Assembly: GCA_043228905.1 (NCBI GenBank) | Contig: JBHGNT010000005.1 | Location: forward strand, 21,700,001 to 21,764,000 | DNA: 64,000 bases | DNA from: Azolla caroliniana | Taxonomy: Eukaryota > Plantae > Polypodiophyta | Reading direction: 5' to 3' | Part shown: positions 36,879 through 46,900 of the stretch, one piece after another | How positions within the stretch are numbered: position 1 is the stretch's first letter | Layout: each line of letters begins with the position of its first letter | The notes under the pieces: model-generated | Databases searched by the model: none | The model's input: only the letters and a program-made list of their open reading frames with translations | Told to the model about the DNA's origin: nothing | Translations under genes and position numbers: made by a program

Positions 36879-39704
36879 ATGACTAGACCAACGCACAACT
36901 TGGTTACAGACCGAGCTCGACGCCTCGCCGAACGGCAAAGACGGCGTGAGACTTTCCAGCAAGCAGCGCACGAAATTCGCTCGGATCGTTCGTTCTCCAA
37001 CGAGATCCGGAGAGTCGCGGAGGAATCTCTTCGGTTACGGCAAACTCGCGACCAGGACGACGGAAGCAGTCTAAGTAGTCTCCGGGAAACCGAACGCCTC
37101 CTGGAGGCGCTGGCAAGCGGAGAAAACGAGGCAGCAGCCTTTTCAGCCTACGAATCGGATTCCGAAGGGGGATACAGCGTGCACACGAACTACCGGAGCA
37201 ACAACGATACCCCCGGCGGCCCGGAGGACGACGGGTCGGATACCGTGCCGACTCCAGAACCGGAACCGCTCAACCAGGGCTATCCGGAACCGCAAACGGA
37301 AGCCATCAACCCACCAACACCGGAAGTGGAAGAAGCAAAGCCACCGACACCAACGAAAGAGCCGGCAAAGGTACCGGAAGAAGAGCCGGAAAAGGAACCG
37401 GAAAAAGCACCGGCACAAGAACCGGAAGTGGAACCGGAGAAAAAACCGGAAAGATATCAACAAACGCCACTAAACCGCGGCCTAATACTGGACGACGACA
37501 TGCCGTTCCAATACTCAAAGTATCGCGATGATTCGGACGCGGAAGCGCATGTTCATGACTTCGAGCAGACATGGGAAGCAAATCACACGTCCCAGCGAAT
37601 GACACCGGAGGAAGAAGAACGCTCGAAGATAGCGGAATTCGGAGTCACGTTGGAGGGACCAGCGACACGATGGCGGCGGACGCAGGACCCGGCGACCATC
37701 ACAACCTTTGCAGAATTAAAAGCAAAATTCTTGCATTTTTTCCACAAGGAGGTCGACCAGACGACAATGGTGGGCTTGTTTTATACGATCCGACAGGAGG
37801 CAGGGGAAAGCATTCCCCAATTCGTCATCCGTTTCCAACGAATGCATAGCTAGCTTGCTCGTGCACCCCCGGAGGAGGAATTACGGACGATATTTTTAAA
37901 CGCACTCCGGGAACCGTTACGCACGGTGTGTACGGTGATCGACTTTCAAGGATGCACCATCGACCAGGTCATTGACCGGGTCAGAGAAATGGAAAAGTCA
38001 AGCTCATGGCTTACGCTGGGAACACTGCAACGGGCGTTACCCACCGAGGAAGATCTCCGGTTCCGGCAGGCAATTCAATGCACAATCTGCTTGAATGCCG
38101 GACATTCGGCAGTGGAGTGCACCATGCGAACCCAGTGTGTGATTTGTCAATCCAAGAGTCATACAACGGACCGGTGCGAGTATAACCTGTTAAACCGACA
38201 AGCACCACCCGTCCGACGGATCGAGCCAAGAAGCAGCCGAGACGAAGATGACGATCGTTGGCAAAGAATGAACCGGTACCCACCGGCACAGGATGTCCGG
38301 TACGGAGACAAGCAAGAGAATGATGGCCGATACGGGAATCGGCGTGATAACTACGACCGGTATGAGCGATCGGACCGTTATCGGGAGCCCAACAGACGAC
38401 ACGAGCAATACGACAGAGACCATTCCCCTGGTTACCGAAGGCACCAGGAGGACTACGGCCGATTTTACGATCCACCACGACCGGACTACCGAAATAAAAA
38501 TAAGAATAATAAGAAACGTAATTTCAAGAAAGGTGGTCACACTCGGGACCCGGAACAGGGAACCCCAAGGAGCCAACCGGCACAGAACGCACCACTCACT
38601 ACGGGACCGACTCCGGATACCAGCAAAGCTGAATCCAGCAATACCCATAAAGAGTACTGCTATTACTGCAGGCAGGAAGGCCACTACAGTAACCAGTGCC
38701 CGGCAAAGAGCTACGATAAACGACTAGCAGTTAATATGGTGGTTCCGGAAGTGGCGGATTTACAGCAAGTAACCACACGGTCGAAAGGCATGGCCAAAGA
38801 GTGGGAAACACAAGAGGCCATACGAAAACAGGCGACGGAATGGGTGAAGGAAGCCAATGAAAGGAACGTCGCGGACGCGGAACGACAAAAGGCGAATACC
38901 ATAGGGAGTGTCGGCGGTAGCCACCCAGAAAACGAGACATGGCAAGCACTGCAAGAATGTCAGATCACGTTACCATTAGGAAGACTCTTGCAGCTCGTGC
39001 CGCGATTTACAGAAGGACTAAAAACGGTCATGACAGACGGTATAGCCCCACCGGCACCAGTCCTCTTCTCGAATCCGGAGGAGGGACCGACGGTGGTGGA
39101 CACTAGTAGTCCGGTGATCACAGCTATTGTCAAAGGGCACGAACTTCCCGGCACAGTAATCGATGGAGGTTCCGGAGTGAACGTAATAAGCCTCTGCACG
39201 TGTGATGCCTTGGGTATACATGAATGGGAGCCATGTCCGTTCTGGCTACGGATGGCGGATACGAGCTCTGTACGGCCGACGGGCTTAATACGGAAATTGG
39301 AAGTCACCATAGGAGGTCACACATTTCACATCTCGGCTGTCGTGCTGCAGCTACAGGCGCAAGGCGCGTACCCACTGTTGCTGGGCAGACCATGGTTGAA
39401 AACAGCACACATCAAGCAAAATTGGCGGAAAAATATGATTACCTTCCGGCGCGGAAAAGCCAAGGTCCGGGTTTCGACACAACCACGGACGAGCAACGGT
39501 AAGGAATGCACACCGCTATATGCGGAATGCGTGAACATGCTTGAAGGGTTGGCAGACGACGAAGAAGCCCAGTACTTGGAGGAACACCCAAAGATCGTAC
39601 CACTCTTCGAGATTGACGTGGCTGAAGCCGTAGCGCCATACTTGCCGCAGCGGGACGAAACCGAAGGGACCTACGGATGTGTAAGATCACATACCGTCAT
39701 TTAA
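36879..39704 (+). pseudogene. gag-protease polyprotein with one premature stop (37851)
   Basis: ORFs 36879-37853 and 37926-39704 share a frame. Capsid-like LEGPATRW...TFAELKAKFL...IRQEAGESI, three CX2CX4HX4C knuckles, aspartic protease VIDGGSGVNVI...LLGRPWL. Confidence 0.88.
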
Positions 39705-40002
39705 AAAAAAAAAGAAAAAAAAAAAGAAAAAAAAAAGAAATCATTAAAAATCGAGGTCTGAACGGACGTGAAAGCAAGGAGCGAAAAGGCTCGAAAAAGG
39801 CGCCAAAACGCACAAAGAAGAAGCAGAACGCATGGAGACCTTTTCATTTCGCGAGCCAAGAAGCACAGAAGCACCAAGGCAGTGGAAGCTGAGCAAACGC
39901 GAACCTGCACGCAGAGAACCCCCACGTTCGGAACGCTCTCTCTCTCGCTCTCACTCTCATCACCACTCTACCTCGCCATCTTTCCTCGACCTCGAAGCAG
40001 AC

Positions 40003-42592
40003 ATGGAACCACAAACGCTGTCGGAAGCGGCCAGGAAATGGTTCAGGCAACACGGACTGGAGGGGTTCTTGGCCATCATGGAGGCACCGCCGCACAGAGA
40101 AGCCGACCGGGTCATCAAGGAGCTCGCCACAGAGGTCATCACCGAGGAAGCGATCCGTGCGCTAACAGGCCTTCCGGAGGGAGGTATCTTTCAGATAGAT
40201 AACCCAACCTCGGAGCAACTCATCCGATATTTCGGTGAGTACTCTGTTGCCGGCAAAGGCTATCGGACGTAGGGCGGCGAAGATCCGCTATTCAGGGAGA
40301 TAGCTCGAGTGCTCCATGAGTACGGCCACGTGTACCCCCGACCCCCTGTCATGCCAAAAAATCGGGCAAGGATGATCATAGCCACCTATGAAGGGATCAA
40401 GGGCAATCGACATGGTACGAGGAAAGGACGGCAAGGAGGGCCGGAAGCTGTGGCACGCCGTAGCTCAGTGGATAACATTGCTCGTGCCGCCGGTCGAGAC
40501 CGTCCAGCCAAAGAAGCGGCCAAGAGTATCGGAAGGAAGCACCTCGAAGCCGGCGTCCAAACCACAGCAGCTGCTGGCGTCGAAGGCGACGAAAGGGAAG
40601 AAACGGCTCTCAGAACCGGAGGAGGTGTCACCGGTCCGACCCGTTAAGATAACCATACGGCGACCGGGACAGAAGGAACCGGAACCCTTGACGGCACAGA
40701 AACAGGCCGTTACCCAGGAAGAGGAAACGGAGGAGCCAGAAGAGCACCTCCAACGACGGTCAAGAAGTAGGACCGCCGGGACAGCGGGGGAGCGTTCGTA
40801 CCCGCAAGAGGAAGAAACGCCCCCAACTCAACCTGAGCAAACCACAAGGGAGGAACCGGAACCGGTGCGTATGGAACCGGCCTTGTCGGCTTCTATAGAA
40901 GAAGTCATTCCAACGGCTCCGGAGACGGCGAGAACCGGAACTCAACAGCCGGCGAGCCCAGCCAGCACACACAACGGCCAAGGAGTAGGACCAGTACAGC
41001 AGCAAGGCACCAATAGTATGTGGCTACGGTGGGTTGGCGAGCAAATCGCCGGAGTGGTCGAGTACATAAAGGCGGAGGAGAGAGCGCACCAGGAACGGTT
41101 GCTCGTCACAACCGTAGATCTAGAGACGGCTCGGTCCAGAATCCGGAGCCTTGAACAAGACTTGGACAGGGTCACAAGGGAAATGGCTCAATTGGCTTTG
41201 ACAACACAAGTCCAAGCACCGGTGACTCCGGGCAATGTACAGAATAAAGCGGCAGATCAACCTGTACATAGCAATCAGACCCCGGCAACGGAAACCGTTC
41301 CGGAGAGAAATGTGGCACGAGCCCAAGAGCTTGCGGACTTAAAGGATGAGCTAGCTGCCCAAGAAGCGCTGAGGAGCCGCGAAAGAGAGTTGAAAACGGC
41401 AGCGGAGGCAGAACTCAAGAAGACTGCTGAGAAGCTACGCTTGGCCGAGGAGAGCTTACGAAAAGGCCACCAAGCGTACGACCGGCTCAAGGAGGAGAAG
41501 GAGAAAATGCTGCAAGAGAAGGAGAGGCTCCGGAGAAACGCCGAAACAGAAGTAGAGCGCCTGAAAGAGGAACTCCGGCAGGTAAAGGACCGGGAGGACC
41601 GGAACCATCGCCAGATCAACGGCAAGCTCAAACAAAAAACGGAGGAATTTGAGCAATTGCACCGGGAGTATAAACGGTTGCAAACAGAGCACAAGGAACG
41701 GACGGATGAGCTCCGGCAAGCAGTTGATCGGACCGCAACCGCATTCGCCAAGGAACAAGCGGAAACCAGAAGACGGTTGGAAGAGGCGGAGAAGGTTCGG
41801 ACAGAGCTCCTCAGGCAACAGCAGGCGGAAAAAGAAAGAGCGACGGAGGTACTGCAGAGGCTGCAAACGACATATCAAGGGCAGCTGACGCGCTACAGAG
41901 AGCAGGCAGAGGATACGGCTAATCTCATCAAGCAGTTGAAGGAGGAGCAACAAGTTGTGGAAAGCAGAGCACAAATGGGAGCAAGTCGCATCCAGGATAT
42001 CATGCGGGCCTGGTTGAACCAGACCAAGAGCTTGATTGACAACGGGTCCGTCAAATGGTGGACCAAGTGGGCCACGAACGCGGCGGAACTCCAATTGCTC
42101 CGGGCCGACGTAGAGAACCGGCGGAAGGAGGGAGATGATTGCTATATGCTGAATTCCGAAGACTTCACCGGCATAAGAGATGAGCTGGCCGAAGACTTTC
42201 AAGCCTTGGCAGAGGACCAACTAGAGCAAGTCCGGCAACTTGTAGCTCAGCTGGACGACGACAGGTTGGAGGCGCAGATCCAGTTTGAAAGCTATGAGAG
42301 GTCCCGAATCCGGGAAGAGAAAGCACGAGAACCGGTTACGGTCAACCTCAGTGATGAGGAACCGGTACTGGAAGGAGACCGGACCGGAAGCAGTCAAACG
42401 GAGATGCCGGAGTCAGAGAATAGAGAAACAAACGGAGCAGCCGCCGAGCAGCCGCCTATAGAGCAACCGGAGCAGCCTCAGTCCCAACCGTAACCACAGC
42501 AGCAACAGCAAGCACAGCCGCAACAACCACAACCGGAAGAATAATTGGAAACTCTGGAACAAGATATTTTGGACAGTTTGGGTGAACAATGA
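40003..42592 (+). pseudogene. Extra 3' ORF of the Gypsy element: globular N-terminal domain, P/E/Q linker, long coiled coil
   Basis: ATG 40003, stop 40270, frameshift ~40400, 701-aa ORF to 42493; in-frame Gln-rich read-through (past another TAA at 42542) to TGA at 42592. E/K/R/L/Q heptad-rich from ~41100 to 42300. Confidence 0.75.
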
Positions 42593-42644
42593 AGGGGCCG
42601 AGAAGGGTTCGACGTACAAGGTACTGTCCCATGGGCGTGCCATG

Positions 42645-43063
42645 TGTTATCGGCCGGCAAGGAGTCCAAAATACGGAGTGAAGGAATTAATTAAATATGG
42701 TTGTAAATGAGCATAGTGTGGACGGACGGACTGGAAACGGTATGCCGTTCCAGATCCGGACGGATCCCGAATAGGTGCGATAGGCACCGTTTTGTACTAC
42801 GGGCTGGAAACCTATTTAAAGGTCCGGACCCCATTGTAATCGCAGCGGATAATTAATAGAGCTTATGATGTTTATACTTCTGTCTTGATTTCCGTTCTGT
42901 AATTACTGTTATATCTTACGCGTGTAATTAACTAAAGCACTCTAATCGTGTAACCTATGGAAGTCGTTGTAATCGTTGAATCTTAATCCTATGCCGTAAT
43001 CACCCTTTGGTGAAGTGTCTCCGTGACACCTTGTGTTAGGCCTTGTCCGGTCAGCGAATAACA
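42645..43063 (+). repeat. 3' LTR (419 bp)
   Basis: Near-identical to 36410-36827; followed by TSD TGCCT. Confidence 0.95.
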
Positions 43064-43338
43064 TGCCTAGCCCATGGCGAGGAGCAAACCACTTTGGTTC
43101 TCTTGATTCAATGAATTTTTTGATGCTACAAACGGTGCCAACCACCAAGCCAACGAACCTAAAAGGAACTCAAAAGGTAAGATTCGAGCCCCAACGAATT
43201 GATAGGGTTTAGTAGAGATGATTGTCCAGGGTAGCGAGGGTCGGTGTGCACCGTTTGTTGTAGTGAAGGAGGGAGAAGCAGTGTTTCAGGTGAGAAATTA
43301 TGTGTGAGGGAGGGTATCGAACTTGCGACCTAATTGAC

Positions 43339-43400
43339 CTTCTAAATATGTAATTAGGGCTAACAATTAGGACAATTAGCCCTAATTACATATTTAGAAG
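43339..43400. repeat. Perfect 25-bp inverted repeat with 12-nt loop
   Basis: CTTCTAAATATGTAATTAGGGCTAA - CAATTAGGACAA - TTAGCCCTAATTACATATTTAGAAG. Confidence 0.95.
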
Positions 43401-43470
43401 TAGGGTTTTTTTTAGAGTGATTTTGAGGGCCATGAAACCCCATGTGATGATATATATATATCATTTGTAG

Positions 43471-43866
43471 ATAACAATCAACAACGGTTTGGTTTGGTTC
43501 GAGAGTGTCCAAATTAAACTGTTGATTTTTTTTGAAACCTGAACCGAACCGAACCATGAAATCCTAAAACCGCAGTTTCGTGGTTCGATTTCGGTTTTCA
43601 ATTTAGGTCAAAATTCAAATTTAAATTTAAAAAATTAATTTTTTTTCATTATTTCAAAATTTAAAGATTTTTCCTAAAATGTGAGAATTAAGCTTAAAAA
43701 TGATAAGGTTGTCTAAAAAAAAAAAACCATCAAACCATTTAAACCGAACTGAACCGAACGGTCAAAAATAAAATAAAATAGATCCTGAGCCGAGCCGAAC
43801 AGATTGAACCGTTAAGCCGCGTTTCGTGTCCGGTTCGGTTCAAACCGAACTATTGCCGATTGTTTG
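43471..43866. mobile_element. MITE / non-autonomous DNA transposon with AACCG subterminal repeats
   Basis: Imperfect TIRs: AACAATCAACAACGGTTTGGTTTG versus reverse complement AACAATCGGCAATAGTTCGGTTTG. Flanking direct repeat TTTGTAG (43464-43470, 43867-43873), many GAACC/AACCG motifs, AT-rich core. Confidence 0.7.
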
Positions 43867-43908
43867 TTTGTAGGGTTAACTGGAATTACAAAGAAGAGAA
43901 GAGAAAGA

Positions 43909-46900
43909 ATGGAGATGGAGATGGAGATGGAGATGGAGATGATGAATGGGCAGGAGATTCTGGAGCATTTTGGGCAGCGTCTACGTGAGTGTCTGCTGCC
44001 CAATTGCGAGGATGTCCTGCGCCTCCCAGCGCCTCCCTCCGACCTCTCCCTCTTCGGCGGTGCCACCACTTATGCAGGCACCCCTGCAGCCTTTCCTCTA
44101 CCCAATCATCATCACGACATGGCTTCTTCCTCCCCATCCTTCTCTCTTCTCTCTTCGGCTCTCCAAAGCATGCTCAACGGCATCCTTCAGGTTCCTTTCT
44201 CCGCCTTTTTCTTTCTATGTATATACTTATGCACGCATGTGTGCAGAGGTGCATATGTTTGTTATTTAGGTGGGTCTCATTATCTATATATGCTATATGG
44301 GCATGTATATGTATGTGCCTGTCAATGTATCATGCATATGCATGTTTGTGTCTCTCTGAGCCACGTGCATATGTAGGTGTATGCACACACGCATATAAAT
44401 AATATGTGCATGTTTGAGTCTCTTGAGTCTCTCCCGTATGTTTGTATGTGTATAAGTATATGATAGGGTTTGTATGGGAGACAATTTAGGTAATTAAAAT
44501 ATATGCCAACATATGCTTACATTATATGCTCACAGAGCTGAGAAGTATGATGGCAAACCTAACACGGGGTATAAATTATGTGGAACGAACTTTTTTGCCA
44601 ATCATAAACTCTTGGCGATGGAGTGTAAGTTTCAAGAAAGAAAATCAAACGGAGACTTATGTTGCTCTCTTAGATTTATACACACACAAATCCGTACTCT
44701 TATAAACTTACAATGCATTGACAAGTCTTAAGAGTTAAGTCACCATAACTCTCAACACGTTTTCCCTATAGATTCCACCATAATTTACCACATGAATTTG
44801 CTTTTTCTTGTGTTTGGTGAAATTGTTGAGTAATTTCCTATAGACTTTGCTTGTGTTTTTTATACTCATGCAATTTTTTTTGAGAATTTTCCATATCCTT
44901 GACTACATACAAAAAGTATGAGATGCTTTCGAGCTTCATGACATTCTTTATCCAACCATTTTTTCTTTGAATTACATTTTGTGATGTTTTTCCAAGGTGT
45001 ATGCTTGATCGAAAAGCATTTGTGTGAGAGAATTAAGTGGTCAACGCTTGAAAAAGTGAATAAAAAACACGCTAGAGCTGGAAGAGAGATTTCTTTCTGT
45101 GAATGATTCCCTTAAAGCTGTGCATTAATGGAGGAGGATTTGGAAATTCATCGCTATTAAGGTGGGTTGTGAATGTTTGGTTAGTTGTTTCTTTTGCTTA
45201 TTTTGAGACAAATAGTGTCCTGGATGGGGTGAAGATTTGAAAGTATAAATAGATTCTGTTATATGTTTTTCTTCTCAATATTATATCAAGCCCTTGGTTC
45301 TACTTGTGAGCATGGATGATTTTGTGCTTGGAAGGTAATGGCCATCATGGCCGTTGGGACATGGATCCAAATTCTGAAATTCACTTCTGATGCTAGCTTG
45401 TATCTTGCCTTGGATTGATAACTTTTTATTATTTTTCTTTCTTTCTTTCTTTTTCTTTTTTTCTATATTGGGACTGTATCTAATGGCAATTCAATTTAGT
45501 ATCATCATCATTAGAGGTTAAGTGTACAACTTCATACTCTGTAATGCTTATAGAAATTGGAAGAAGATCAGTAGAGCTTTATTCCCTTCACAATTTTTTT
45601 ATTAATGTAAGGACAATGCCTTACAACTTCCTCCTCGAGACTGCATGGGAAATTTGATGCTTACCACGTAAAGGCGCCTAAATAAAAATTCTTTCATCCA
45701 GATTGATCCAAAGACATCTGAAAATTGGTTTCAATAATATCTGGAAGTGCATGTATAGGAAAGGAAATGGATAGGAAAACATGAATCAATGTTTTATGCA
45801 GCTATACTAGAATCACTCCATGTGAAATGGAGAACTGGCTAATACAGATCTAAGTTGAGTACTATTGTGGCCACTTCAATATTCAATATTAAGGAAATTT
45901 CTGAGCACGACTAGCTGATGCCCAATCACAGATACTCGAGAGAGCAAGATGTTCCATCATACGGATGCGCATTCACACTGTAGAAAATGCAGGGATCTTA
46001 GACTAACTCTCACACAATGAGATCACTTAAAAGACTTAAGGAAATATCAGTAGATTAGGAAAAACGAGCATTTATTACAAAGATGTAGAATGGTTTATAT
46101 AAACAGTATCTACAGGTAGGTGGAAACCCAATGGTCACTTTATTAGGTTCACACTATTATAACTATATTCACACCTAACAGCTACTTAACTAGGTTCATA
46201 CTATTCTAAGTATGTTTACACCCAACAGTTACTTAACTAGGTTCACACTATTATAACTATGTTCACACCAAAGCTTTAATAGGATACACATTAAATGTAA
46301 CAAACCCCCCTGAAGTGAATGGTGTGGACTTGAATGTGGTCATTATCCAGGTGTTGGAAGAATGGAACTGCTCCCTCACATAATGCTAATGCACCTCCGT
46401 GTGTTTTGTTCGTGCATGGAAGACGGGTTTTCTTGCAATATCCAAAGCACTTTGACTATCTGTAAATATACAAGTAGGAGATGGTTCCTCAAGAGACAAA
46501 TCGGACAATAATCTCCTGAGCCAAACACACTCTACTGTAGCGCTGAATGCTGCTCTATATTCAGCTTCACAACTTGATGTTGCCACTGTTGGCTGCTTCT
46601 TGCTGAGCCAGGAAACATAGGAATTGCCAATCATGAGACAATTACCACTATGTGAGACACGAGTGTTGTAGCAGCCAACCCAATCACTATCAGTGAAGGC
46701 TGTTAGTGCCTTTGAGGTAATGGAAAACTCGCTTGGTTGCTTGCCAATGCTTTGTTCGAGGGCTGTGCATAAACTTGCGTAATTGAGAAACAACATATTG
46801 AATGACAGGTCGCGTGTTGCACAAAAATATCCAACAACCTACAACTTGCTGGTATAAGAGTACATCAGTTGGTTCTCCTTTGTCTTGGTATGAGAATTTG

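Larger units (their letters stand above)
36410..43063 (+). mobile_element. Young non-autonomous Ty3/gypsy-like LTR retrotransposon (gag-protease plus extra 3' ORF; no RT/RH/INT)
   Basis: LTRs 36410-36827 and 42645-43063 (TGTTA...TAACA), TSD TGCCT on both sides, PBS TGGCGACCAC at 36834. Confidence 0.95.

Noticed and set aside
41275-42220. Long antisense ORFs (158 and 254 aa)
   Set aside because: Shadow frames of the coiled-coil ORF; Leu/Ser/Phe-rich as expected from its antisense strand.
40003-42592. Retroviral env gene, or a host SMC/myosin gene
   Set aside because: No signal peptide, TM segment or Walker motifs; intronless and enclosed by the LTRs with the element's composition.
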